From positions 4,708 to 68,707 of the forward strand of contig JAPLOF010000028.1 in the NCBI GenBank assembly GCA_026692665.1: DNA of 64,000 nt, written 5' to 3'. The notes under the pieces are model-generated. The model saw only the letters and a program-made list of their open reading frames with translations. It was not told the origin of the DNA and did not search any database. Below, one piece after another: positions 48,379-57,358 of the stretch. A program made the position numbers and the translations under genes. This DNA comes from Planctomycetota bacterium. Its GTDB lineage: Bacteria; Planctomycetota; UBA1135; GCA-002686595. Within the stretch, counting starts at the first letter, position 1. The number at the start of each line of letters is the position of its first letter.

Positions 48379-51102
48379 TCAAGCCGACCAGAGCACGGAG
48401 AGCCCGTTCGTGAAGTTGAATCCCGACGGCGTGCAGAACGGCGCGCTGTTCCGATACCAGACTTGGTAGACGCGCGTTCCAGGCGTTTGGACCGCGCCTC
48501 GTACGTGGACAGCGGGATCGCCGGCGACGCCGAAGCCGTACTGGACGGCGCCGTTCGTCGCCGATCGCACCACGAGTCGCATGACCGTGCCGCTCGCGCA
48601 ACGAAGGCCGTCACCGAATACCGCCGGGTTCGACGTCGTGCCCTGGAACACGAGGCAGCTCGCGGAGCCGGGCAGAGAGTGCGCGCGCAGCAGCACCTGG
48701 TCGTAGCTCAGGCTCGGGACACCGCTCAACTCCAGGCGTGCTCCCGCGCCCGCGTACAGGGCGTCGGACTGAGAGTGCTTGCAGCCCGCTCCGGGCGCCG
48801 TGCTCGTGTTCGCGCACGGACAGGGAAGCCCGGTGCCGTCGCCGACGCAGACCGGAATGCCGCCCTCCGTCGTGCAGTCCGCGCGCAGGAGCCACGCGGC
48901 TCCGTTGACCGGAGCCGGCGGCAGGCTGTTCAGCTGGAGGTTCGCGAGCTGGATGAACCCGCCCACATTGGCTGCAAACCAGGCTACAGCGAGGGTCGGA
49001 GGCCGGCATGAGCTCGAGTCGACGGGCGCGGGCAGGCTCCCGTTGGCACTCGGCAGCGCCGCGCCCACGAAGTAGACGCCGCTCAGGACCAGCGGCTGGG
49101 GGAACGTGAACGTCGTGAAGGCGTCCGTGGCCGAGTTCAGGACGACACCCGAGACCGTCTGCACGAGCACCGCGTTGGAGGGGTCTCCATCGTCGTCGGG
49201 GTCGTCCCAGACCGCGACGACGCAGGGCGTGCCGTTGGAGGGTTGCGCGGAAGAGACGGCCGGAGAGCCGAACGCCGTCGACACGGAACGCACCGTCGTC
49301 GCCGTCCCCGGGGCTCCGTAGGCGTGCATCCACAGCACACCGCCGGCGGTCAGGTAGAGGCCGCCCGCCGTCTCGCTGGATCCGTCGTCGTAGCGACAAC
49401 CCGGCAGGGCGGACTGGAGCTCCACCGTGAACGCTCCGACCACGCCCGGAGGGTTTCCGAACCCCGTCCCGATCTGGATCGTGTACGTGACGCCGGCATC
49501 GCCCTGGAAGCACGCGCGGGACTCGGACGAGCCGGCTCCGCACTGCGCCGTTCGGCTGCAGCCGATCGCGTTGTTCGGCGCCGGGCATCCGACACCCGAG
49601 TAGATGGCGACCTTCGTGTTGCTGCCGCCGGCGAGCCCGCACGTCGAAACCTCGTAGGCTCCGGTCGAGGGCGCGGTCCAAGCGAACCACCGGTCGCGGT
49701 CGAACACGTCGAAGGGCGTGCCGCCGCAGATCGGATTCGATTGTCCCGCACAGCCCGCCGTCGCCGACGTGGTGTCGAAGGCGTGCGGTCCGGGACCGGC
49801 GATCACGAGCGGGGTCGAACAGTCGTCGTTCGTTCCGCTGCCCGAAGAGCCGATCAGGACGAAGGTGCCCGTCGGGAGTCCGGCGGCTTGCACCGCGCCG
49901 ATCTGGATCGTGTACGTCGCGCCCTGGATGGCGTCGAAGCAAACCTCGCTCTGGATGTTGCAGCCGTTGTCATCGCAACCCAGAGCCGACTGCGGGCTCG
50001 GACACCCGAAACCCTGGTACACGGCGATCTTCGTGTCGATGCTCGGCGCCGTTCCGTTGCACGTCGACAGCGACGTGCGCCCAGTTGCGCCGGCCGTCCA
50101 CACGAACCACGCGTCGCGCTGGATCGATGGGCCGGACGTCGTCTGGCACGCGGACTCGTTCTGTCCCTCCGTGCCCGTGGTGGCGAAGCTGAGGTCGAAT
50201 GGGTGCGGCCCTGGGCCGCTGACCGCGAGCGGGGTCGCGCACGAGTCGTTGACTGGAGGTGTGAAGACGTCGAGCTGGAACGTCCCCACGTACGCGGTCG
50301 AGTTCCTCTGACCGACTTGCAGCAGATACGCGGCTCCAGCCGTCACCGCGAAGGAAACGCGCGCTTGCAGGCCGCAGAAGTTGTCATTGCACGCCAAGAG
50401 CGTCGAAGTCGCGCAATCCGGCCCCGTCCTCACGGAGAAGATCGAATCGGCCGTCGTCGCGCCACAGGACTGCAGGACGGCGACACCCGTCTGGGGCGCG
50501 ACCCACGAGTACCAGACATCCGCGAGCGCCGGGTCGCATCCCGACTGGGGCAATCCGGGCGTGGCGCCGAGGGTGGTGACCGGAAACGTCCCCGTGCCCG
50601 CGATCGGAGTGGCGAGCCCGCAGCTGTCGTTCGGGGTCAACGTGTTCAGGTAGACCGAGAGTTGCCCGGTCACGTTCGAGGATCCCACGGCTCCCACCTG
50701 GATCACGTACGTCGTGCCCGCGTTCGCGGCGAAGATCACTTCGGAGCCCACGCCGCACCAGAAGTCGTTGCACGCGACGGGAGGCTGCGTCGGACAGCCG
50801 TTCGCGACATAGACGGCGAGCACCGAATCACCGCCGGCAAACGTGCACGTCTCGATCCGTCCCTCGCCGGATGCGCTCGGCGTCCAGCGGAACCAGACGT
50901 CCCGCGCGATGGTCGCGCAGGGAGGCAGCACGGATCCGAGCGACGCGTTCGTCGTGTCGACCTGGAAGAACCCTGGGCCAGGCAGGACCTGCGCGTTCAG
51001 GCAGTCGTCGCTCCCGCCGGTCCGCGCCGAGGCGAAGGATCCCAACCAGCATCCCGCTGCGACCAGAGCGGTACGCGACCAGAGAACAGAGACGTGGTGC
51101 AT
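48379..51102 (-). CDS. secreted protein with four tandem ~125-aa Cys-containing modules, a ~190-aa domain and the shared Cys-rich C-terminal domain (CTD family member 3)
   Basis: ATG 51102 preceded by GGGAGG, with signal MHHVSVLWSRTALVAAGCWLGSFASA, 907 aa. The modules start at (N)D(D/S)C..A/P.....G.G. The last 156 aa (48379-48849) are CVGDG..CPCANTS..GCKHS..VFQGT..FGDGLRCASG..YQVWYRN..FCT..FNFTNG..W-S-A-end. Confidence 0.8.
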   Translation of the reverse strand: MHHVSVLWSRTALVAAGCWLGSFASARTGGSDDCLNAQVLPGPGFFQVDTTNASLGSVLPPCATIARDVWFRWTPSASGEGRIETCTFAGGDSVLAVYVANGCPTQPPVACNDFWCGVGSEVIFAANAGTTYVIQVGAVGSSNVTGQLSVYLNTLTPNDSCGLATPIAGTGTFPVTTLGATPGLPQSGCDPALADVWYSWVAPQTGVAVLQSCGATTADSIFSVRTGPDCATSTLLACNDNFCGLQARVSFAVTAGAAYLLQVGQRNSTAYVGTFQLDVFTPPVNDSCATPLAVSGPGPHPFDLSFATTGTEGQNESACQTTSGPSIQRDAWFVWTAGATGRTSLSTCNGTAPSIDTKIAVYQGFGCPSPQSALGCDDNGCNIQSEVCFDAIQGATYTIQIGAVQAAGLPTGTFVLIGSSGSGTNDDCSTPLVIAGPGPHAFDTTSATAGCAGQSNPICGGTPFDVFDRDRWFAWTAPSTGAYEVSTCGLAGGSNTKVAIYSGVGCPAPNNAIGCSRTAQCGAGSSESRACFQGDAGVTYTIQIGTGFGNPPGVVGAFTVELQSALPGCRYDDGSSETAGGLYLTAGGVLWMHAYGAPGTATTVRSVSTAFGSPAVSSAQPSNGTPCVVAVWDDPDDDGDPSNAVLVQTVSGVVLNSATDAFTTFTFPQPLVLSGVYFVGAALPSANGSLPAPVDSSSCRPPTLAVAWFAANVGGFIQLANLQLNSLPPAPVNGAAWLLRADCTTEGGIPVCVGDGTGLPCPCANTSTAPGAGCKHSQSDALYAGAGARLELSGVPSLSYDQVLLRAHSLPGSASCLVFQGTTSNPAVFGDGLRCASGTVMRLVVRSATNGAVQYGFGVAGDPAVHVRGAVQTPGTRVYQVWYRNSAPFCTPSGFNFTNGLSVLWSA

Positions 51103-51219
51103 CGAATGCCCCTCCCTTCCCAATCCTAGCAGTACAGGACCGAGTCGGGCTGCGAAGGGGGAGCGGGGCCGATCGTTCCCCTGGAGCCGCTGGATCGGAC
51201 CAGCCGCACGGCCCCGCGT

Positions 51220-51717
51220 TCAGCCGCTGCCCTCGAACACGCCCGTCGTCTTGTCCTTGCGCACGCTCTCCCAGCGCAGGAAGCGCCCGTTCATCGCGAC
51301 ATAGGTGCCGACGGGGAGCGACTGGGCGAACGCCAGCGCGCTGCCGAGGTTGAAGAGCCCGTCGGAGCTGCCGAACGTGTAGGGCACCATCGCGCCCGTG
51401 AGCACGATCGTCTTCGCGAGTCCGGCGGCGCCGAGTGCGCGGGCAGTGAGCTCCATCGTGTCGGTGCCGTGCGTGATCACGATGCGCGCTTCCGGCGCGC
51501 GGCGGCAGGCCGCGAGGATCGTCGCGCGGTCCGCATCCGTCATCTCGAGGCTGTCGATCAGCATGAGCTTCTCGACGACGATCGGCAGCCCGCAGCGCCC
51601 CAGGCGCAACATCTCGGGCACGTGGGTGTCGCGGAAGTGCAGGCGCCCTTCGATCTCGAGGTAGTCCTTGTCGAAGGTCCCGCCCGTGGCGAGCACGCGG
51701 ATCGGTGCAGATTGCAT
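51220..51717 (-). CDS. asparaginase-domain protein (N-terminal catalytic domain only)
   Basis: ATG 51717 (MQSAPIRVLATGGTFDK..), 165 aa. It has the TGGT and HGTDTM motifs of the asparaginase/glutaminase fold. The C-terminal domain of full-length enzymes is absent. Confidence 0.7.
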   Translation of the reverse strand: MQSAPIRVLATGGTFDKDYLEIEGRLHFRDTHVPEMLRLGRCGLPIVVEKLMLIDSLEMTDADRATILAACRRAPEARIVITHGTDTMELTARALGAAGLAKTIVLTGAMVPYTFGSSDGLFNLGSALAFAQSLPVGTYVAMNGRFLRWESVRKDKTTGVFEGSG

Positions 51718-51816
51718 GTCCGGGGCATGGTACCGCGACGCCGCCGAGCCCAAACGCCAGGCCTTCTCCCCGGCACGCTCTCGGCCTCACGGCGCCCCGC
51801 GAGTAGTCTGTCCGCC

Positions 51817-52524
51817 ATGCGCCCCACTGCCCTCGCAGCCCTCCTCGTCGGCCTCGTCGCCTGCCGTGCCGGATCCGATCCCGCGCCGGGCGTGGTCTCG
51901 CCCGCGCCGCTTTCCTTGTTCAACGGCCATGATCTCTCCGGCTGGCACGCCGACGTCCCCGGTTCCGATGGCCAGACGAACGTGCCGCCGTCGTTCGTCG
52001 CGCGCGGCGGGATGCTCGTGAGCCTCGGGTCGCCGGAGGGCCACCTCATCACGGACGCGTCGTACCGCGACTACCGCCTGGTGGTGGAGTACCGCTGGGC
52101 GGGCGAGCCGGGCAACTGCGGCGTCCTGGTGCACGCCTCCACGCCCCGGCGGCTCTACGGCATGTTCCCGCAGTCGATCGAGTGCCAGATGCACGTCGGC
52201 AACGCCGGCGACTTCTGGTGCATCGGCGAGGACATTAGCGTGCCCGACATGGAGGCGCGTCGCGGACCGAAGGAGCAGTGGGGCGTCGACGGCGACAAGC
52301 GTCGGCGCATCCTGAACCTCACGGACGGTTCGGAGAAGCCGCCCGGCGAGTGGAATCAGATGGTGATCGAGTGCCGTGGCCGCTCGATCGACGTGTGGGT
52401 CAACGGCGAGCTCGTGAATCGAGGCACGGACTGCACGGCCGACAGCGGTCAAATCGCGCTGCAGGCGGAGGGTGCTCCCGTGGAGTTCCGGAAGCTCGAG
52501 CTCGGCCCGCTGACGGGCGGCTGA
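51817..52524 (+). CDS. DUF1080 (3-keto-disaccharide hydrolase-like) lipoprotein
   Basis: ATG 51817 with lipobox LLVGLVAC. DUF1080 pattern is present (LFNGHDLSGWH..., YRDYRLVVEYRW, KPPGEWNQMVIECRG..VWVNGELV, FRKLEL). Confidence 0.8.
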   Translation: MRPTALAALLVGLVACRAGSDPAPGVVSPAPLSLFNGHDLSGWHADVPGSDGQTNVPPSFVARGGMLVSLGSPEGHLITDASYRDYRLVVEYRWAGEPGNCGVLVHASTPRRLYGMFPQSIECQMHVGNAGDFWCIGEDISVPDMEARRGPKEQWGVDGDKRRRILNLTDGSEKPPGEWNQMVIECRGRSIDVWVNGELVNRGTDCTADSGQIALQAEGAPVEFRKLELGPLTGG

Positions 52525-52762
52525 CGCCCCGTAGCGCACGCGGAACCGTCGGGCCGTTCCCGGAGCACCGTTTGGACCCACGTCGCGAGGTATGGCACGT
52601 CCTCGGCCTTCAACATCTCGAACGGCTGGTCGATCCTCGGGGGCGCCTGACGCGGGTGCCCCGTGGCTGGCGGCGGAAGGCGGTCCTGTCCCGGATCCCG
52701 ATCCCGCGCGGCGGGGATCCGGCCCGCGCGGTATCGTCTCTGCCCCTCATTCGGATCGAACC

Positions 52763-54124
52763 GTGCCCAAGCGACCTCCCTACGTCACCCTCGTCCACCT
52801 CGGCTGTGCCCGGAACCTGATCGACTCCGAGGTCCTGCTCGGCCGCATGGCCGAGGAAGGGCTCGTCGTCACGGACGATCCCGATTCCGCGCACACGGTC
52901 GTCCTCAACACGTGCTCGTTCATCGGGCCGGCGCGCGAGGAGTCGGAGGGCGCGATCCGCGACCTGCTCGCGAAGAAGCGCAAGGGCGACATCGAGCGCG
53001 TCGTCGTCGCGGGCTGCCTCGTGCAGCGCTTCCGCCACGACCTCGAGGCGCAGTTCCCCGAGGTGGATCTCTTCTCGGAGATCTCGGACTACCGCGCGCT
53101 GGCGCAGGGCGTCCGCGCGCTCACCGAAGGTCGTGCCGGCGTGCCGCGCTACCTGGAAGGCCCGGAGACGAAGCCCGCCGACCGCGAGGGCGCGCGCCTC
53201 CTCTCCACGCCCAAGAGCTACGCGTACCTGCGCATCAGCCACGGCTGCGACCACCTGTGCTCGTTCTGCGCGATCCCCTCGATCCGCGGGAAGCACCGCT
53301 CGAAATCGCTGGCCGACGTCGTGAGCGAGGCGCAGGAGCTCGTCGCGAGCGGCGTGAAGGAACTCGTGATCGTCGCCGAGGATTCGACGGCCTGGGGCCG
53401 CGAACTCGGGCTCGAGCTGCCGGACCTCGTCGAGGCCGTGGCCGCGGTGCCGGGATTGCTGCGCGTGCGCGTCATGTACGCCTACCCGAACCGCTTCCCG
53501 TGGCGCCTGACCGAGGTCATGCGCGCGAACCCGGTCGCGATCCCGTACCTCGACATCCCGATCCAGCACATCGCGACGAACGTGCTGCGCGCGATGCGCC
53601 GCCACGGGTCGGGCGATCAGGTGCGCCAGATCCTCGACAGGCTGCGGAACGAGGTGCCGGGCATCGTGCTGCGCACCACGGTGCTGATCGGATTCCCCGG
53701 CGAAACCGACGCGGACGCCGCGGAGCTCGCCAAGTTCGTCGAGGAGTACGAGCTGGGCCGGCTCGGCACGTTCACGTACTCGCCCGAGCAGGGCACCAGC
53801 GCCTGGGGCATGGCCGGCGAGGTGCCCGCGAACGTGGCCCGCGAGCGCGAGAAGACCGTCCAGGAGGCGCGCGACCGCGTGCTCGTGAAGACGCAGAAGG
53901 CGCGCGTCGGGACCGAGGTCGACGTCCTGATCGACGAGGTGCACGAGCGCGGCAAGGTCCTCGTCGGCCGTCCGGCGAGCGACGCGCCCGAGGTCGACCT
54001 CGTGGCCGTGGTGCGCGGCTCGAAAGCGACGGTCGGTGACGTGGTGCGCGCGAAGGTCGAGGCAATCGACGCGGAGTCGAACCTCGTCTGTCGCGCGCCG
54101 GCGGGCTCGCGCCGGACCGGCTGA
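52763..54124 (+). CDS. rimO: ribosomal protein S12 methylthiotransferase
   Basis: MiaB-like N-domain (VTLVHLGCARNLIDSE, NTCSFIG), radical SAM motif CDHLCSFC, and a C-terminal TRAM domain. The GTG 52763 start is chosen for typical length (453 aa). The track start ATG 52592 is possible. Confidence 0.88.
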   Translation: MPKRPPYVTLVHLGCARNLIDSEVLLGRMAEEGLVVTDDPDSAHTVVLNTCSFIGPAREESEGAIRDLLAKKRKGDIERVVVAGCLVQRFRHDLEAQFPEVDLFSEISDYRALAQGVRALTEGRAGVPRYLEGPETKPADREGARLLSTPKSYAYLRISHGCDHLCSFCAIPSIRGKHRSKSLADVVSEAQELVASGVKELVIVAEDSTAWGRELGLELPDLVEAVAAVPGLLRVRVMYAYPNRFPWRLTEVMRANPVAIPYLDIPIQHIATNVLRAMRRHGSGDQVRQILDRLRNEVPGIVLRTTVLIGFPGETDADAAELAKFVEEYELGRLGTFTYSPEQGTSAWGMAGEVPANVAREREKTVQEARDRVLVKTQKARVGTEVDVLIDEVHERGKVLVGRPASDAPEVDLVAVVRGSKATVGDVVRAKVEAIDAESNLVCRAPAGSRRTG

Positions 54125-54425
54125 CGCAGGACAGCGGGTTCTGCGGAACGCGACCTTGCGGCCATTTCGTCCTGGGGTCCGGCCAGTTCCGCCGTCGGGG
54201 AGCTGCATACCATGCCGTCAATTTGCGGCGTAAAGTGACGACAGGCTCGGCGGACCGTGCAGTCGCCGTCGTGCGATGCCGCGACGCTCCGGATGGACGC
54301 TGGCCCGAACTTCCCAGCCGATTCCGGCGTCCCCGGCTCCGCCGAGGATCGCCCCGGTCCAGCGGGGAGAACCTCCCGCTCACCAGGGTGGTACGCGGCC
54401 CCGTATCGCGGCATCCTGTACCCCG

Positions 54426-55040
54426 ATGGGCGTCTTCCAGTACTGGCCGAACCGGATCACGGCCCTGCGCTTCGTCGGGGCGCTGGGCGTGTTCGCGATC
54501 CTGGCCGCCGAGGGCAACCGTGAGGCCATCCTCGTCCCGCTGGACCGCTCGTGGATCCGCCTCGCCTTCTGGGCGTTCGTCGTCGTCGCGGTGTCGGACG
54601 TCCTCGACGGCTGGCTGGCGCGGCGCGGCAACCACGTCACGGCGTTCGGGCGCATCGCGGATCCGTTCGTCGACAAGGTGCTCGTCATGGGCACCATGGT
54701 CTTCCTGGCCGTCATGCCCTGGTCGCGTCCGTGGTTCCCGGCCTGGGTCGTGGTCGTGATCCTGGCGCGCGAGTTCCTCGTCACCGCCGTGCGCGGCTAC
54801 GTCGAGAGCCGCGGCGGGTCGCTGCCGGCCGACTGGTTCGGCAAGGTCAAGATGTTCGCGCAGTGCTTCGCGGTCGGGATCGTGATGGGCATCCACGCCT
54901 TCGACTTCCCGGCCGGCTTCCATTCGTTCTGCGCGTCGGCGGGACACGTCTTCGTGTGGCTGACGTTGCTCACATCGATCGGTTCGGCCATGGCCTACCT
55001 CACCCGCACGCGCCGCTACCTGCTGGAGACGACGGGTTGA
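54426..55040 (+). CDS. pgsA: CDP-diacylglycerol--glycerol-3-phosphate 3-phosphatidyltransferase
   Basis: ATG 54426. It has the CDP-alcohol phosphatidyltransferase motif DVLDGWLARRGNHVTAFGRIADPFVDK. 204 aa, multi-TM. Confidence 0.88.
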   Translation: MGVFQYWPNRITALRFVGALGVFAILAAEGNREAILVPLDRSWIRLAFWAFVVVAVSDVLDGWLARRGNHVTAFGRIADPFVDKVLVMGTMVFLAVMPWSRPWFPAWVVVVILAREFLVTAVRGYVESRGGSLPADWFGKVKMFAQCFAVGIVMGIHAFDFPAGFHSFCASAGHVFVWLTLLTSIGSAMAYLTRTRRYLLETTG

Positions 55041-55603
55041 GCAGCATCCGGGACGCGATCGCCGGCAAGGCGCGCGAGAACGCGAGCGATCCGAATGCGC
55101 CGCCCCCGCCGGGAGGGCGCTGGGCGAACCGCGCCAAGCTCGCGATCGTCTCGTTCGGGTTCCTGGGGTGCTCGCCGTTCGCGCCTGGGACGGTCGGAAC
55201 TCTGGGCGGCGTGCTGGTCGCCTGGCTCCTGTCGCCGCTGCCCTATTTTCCGGTCTGGGTCGCGATCGCCTGCGTGGCGCTCTACGCGATCACGCTGCCG
55301 CTCGGTCCGTGGTCCGAGCGCTACGCGGGCAAGAAGGACCCCGGGATCTTCGTCGTCGACGAGGTGATCGGCTACCTGATCACCGTGGCATGGATGAAGG
55401 GCCCGAGCCCGCTCGCGCTGGCCGTCGCGTTCTTCGTCTTCCGCTTCTTCGACATCCTGAAGCCGCCCCCCGCGCGCCAGCTCGAGCACGTCGGCGGTGG
55501 ACACGGGATCCTGCTCGACGACGTGGCCGCCGGATTCTGGGGCCTGCTCGTCGTCATGTTGCCCGCCCGCCTCCTGCTGCCGGATCTTCCGTGGACCCTG
55601 TGA
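55037..55603 (+). CDS. pgpA: phosphatidylglycerophosphatase A
   Basis: PgpA pattern is present (GFLGCSPFAPGTVGTLGG, DPGIFVVDEV, FRFFDILKPPP, LDDVAAG). The only plausible start is TTG 55037, which overlaps the pgsA stop (TTGA), so the start is uncertain. Confidence 0.8.
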   Translation: MSSIRDAIAGKARENASDPNAPPPPGGRWANRAKLAIVSFGFLGCSPFAPGTVGTLGGVLVAWLLSPLPYFPVWVAIACVALYAITLPLGPWSERYAGKKDPGIFVVDEVIGYLITVAWMKGPSPLALAVAFFVFRFFDILKPPPARQLEHVGGGHGILLDDVAAGFWGLLVVMLPARLLLPDLPWTL

Positions 55604-55614
55604 GGAACGCCTAG

Positions 55615-57057
55615 ATGGCACGCGGAAAGTCTGCATCGGACATGAAGCTCTCGGGTCCGCGGCTCGCGTCGCGGTTCGCGATCACGATGAGCGTCGCGCT
55701 GGGAGTCGTGATGCTCGCCGCGGGCGCGTTCCTCTATTCGCGCGTCACCGAGGCGGCGTCCTCGATCCAGGAAGCGGCGTTCGTGGACGCGGCGAAGAAC
55801 CAGGGACCGCTCCTCCTGCAGCTCGCCGAGGACCACGATCGCGCGATGCGCGGTCTCGGCCCCGACATGTCGAAGCCGCGGCTCGAGGCCGCGCACACGG
55901 TCGAGAACAGCCCGATCGGCGAGTTCGCCGGGGGCGACGTGAAGCGCCGCGAGGTGCGCTACGGCGAGAAGTACGACCAGCCCGGCTATCTCTACCAGTG
56001 GAAGGACGTCGTCCCGCCGCTCGTCGTGCCGGCCAGAACGAAGGAGAAGGCGGGCGAAGGGCTCTTCGGGCTCATCCTGTCCGTGACACTGACCGTCATC
56101 CTGGTCGGCGCCCTCGTCGCCTACTTCGTCGGGAACGCGGTCGCGCGGCCCCTCGAGGTCATCGTGGAGGACATCGCGCAGATCAGCCGCGGCAACCTGC
56201 GCCACAGGACGCGCGTACGCGCCGGCGGCGAGATCATGCTGCTCGCCAAGTCGATCGATCGCATGGCCGGCGACCTCGACGCGGCTCAGGACGCACAGCT
56301 CGAGCTGAGCAAGCGCGAGCGGGAGCTGGCGCTCGCCGCGGAGGTGCGCGAGGCGCTGGTTCCCGAGTCGACACCGGCCGTCGCCGGCTACGACCTGGGC
56401 GCCCTGCACGTCGATTCGCCCACCCCCGGCGGGGACTTCTACGAGGTCCTGCAGCTCGAGGGCGGCAAGATCGGCCTCCTCGTGTGCGAGGTCTCCGGTC
56501 GCGGCATCCCGGGCGCCATGATCGGCGCGATCGCGCGCTCCTATCTGCGCATCGAGCTCGCGCGCGGCGGCGACATCGCGGCCGCGCTGCACCGCGTGAA
56601 CCGCGAGCTGGCCCGCGACGTGCGGCGCGGGATGTACGTCACGGCGCTCTACGCGCTGATCGACCCCGCCGAAGGGCGCGCAACCGTCGCGTGCGCGGGG
56701 CACAAGATGCCCCTCGTGCGCTATGCCGCGGCGGAGAAGAGCATCCGGCTCGTGCAGCCCGAGGGCATCGCCCTGGGCTTCGACAAGGGGCCGGTGTTCG
56801 ACCGCACGCTGAAAGTGGTCCAGGTCGCGCTCGAGCCGGGCGATCGACTGCTCCTCGCGAGCACCGGGCCCGTGCGGGTCGTCGATTCCGCTGGCGCGGA
56901 GATCGGGGAAAAGTCCTTCTACAAGCTCGTGCTCAAGCACGCCTCGCTCACGACCGACGCGCTGCTCGCGAAGCTCGACTCGGACCTCCGCAACCACGCC
57001 GGCGAGACCCCGTTCCCGAGCGACATCTCGATCCTCTCGATCGCACGGGTGAGCTGA
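55615..57057 (+). CDS. membrane-bound HAMP-domain PP2C/SpoIIE-type serine phosphatase
   Basis: Two TM helices flank a ~130-aa periplasmic loop. A HAMP domain follows (RPLEVIVEDIAQISRGNLRHRTRVRAGGEIMLLAKSIDRMAGDL), then a PPM/SpoIIE domain (GGDFYEV..., LVCEVSGRGIPGAM, D.LLL.S.G). Confidence 0.85.
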   Translation: MARGKSASDMKLSGPRLASRFAITMSVALGVVMLAAGAFLYSRVTEAASSIQEAAFVDAAKNQGPLLLQLAEDHDRAMRGLGPDMSKPRLEAAHTVENSPIGEFAGGDVKRREVRYGEKYDQPGYLYQWKDVVPPLVVPARTKEKAGEGLFGLILSVTLTVILVGALVAYFVGNAVARPLEVIVEDIAQISRGNLRHRTRVRAGGEIMLLAKSIDRMAGDLDAAQDAQLELSKRERELALAAEVREALVPESTPAVAGYDLGALHVDSPTPGGDFYEVLQLEGGKIGLLVCEVSGRGIPGAMIGAIARSYLRIELARGGDIAAALHRVNRELARDVRRGMYVTALYALIDPAEGRATVACAGHKMPLVRYAAAEKSIRLVQPEGIALGFDKGPVFDRTLKVVQVALEPGDRLLLASTGPVRVVDSAGAEIGEKSFYKLVLKHASLTTDALLAKLDSDLRNHAGETPFPSDISILSIARVS

Positions 57058-57060
57058 GCC

Positions 57061-57345
57061 ATGGAGATCGCCGAGTTCCAGCGCGTCATCGAGGCCATCT
57101 ACGGGGCGCGGGACCGCGCGCGCGGCCTCGCCGGGACGCACATGTGGTTCGGCGAGGAGGTCGGGGAGCTGACGCGTGCCCTGCGGCGGAACCGGCACGA
57201 CGAGCTCGAGGGCGAGTTCGCGGACGTGCTGGCGTGGCTGACGACGATGGCCTCCATGTCGGGCATCGACCTGCAGGAGGCCGCCCGGAAGAAGTACGGC
57301 GCGGGTTGCCCGCGCTGCCACGCGACGCCGTGCGCGTGTCCGTGA
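57061..57345 (+). CDS. MazG-like nucleotide pyrophosphohydrolase family protein
   Basis: 94 aa with the EExGE..E..D motif (FGEEVGELTRAL...LEGEFADVLAWL). The Cys-rich tail is GCPRCHATPCACP. Confidence 0.7.
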   Translation: MEIAEFQRVIEAIYGARDRARGLAGTHMWFGEEVGELTRALRRNRHDELEGEFADVLAWLTTMASMSGIDLQEAARKKYGAGCPRCHATPCACP

Positions 57346-57358
57346 GACACTACGCGGG

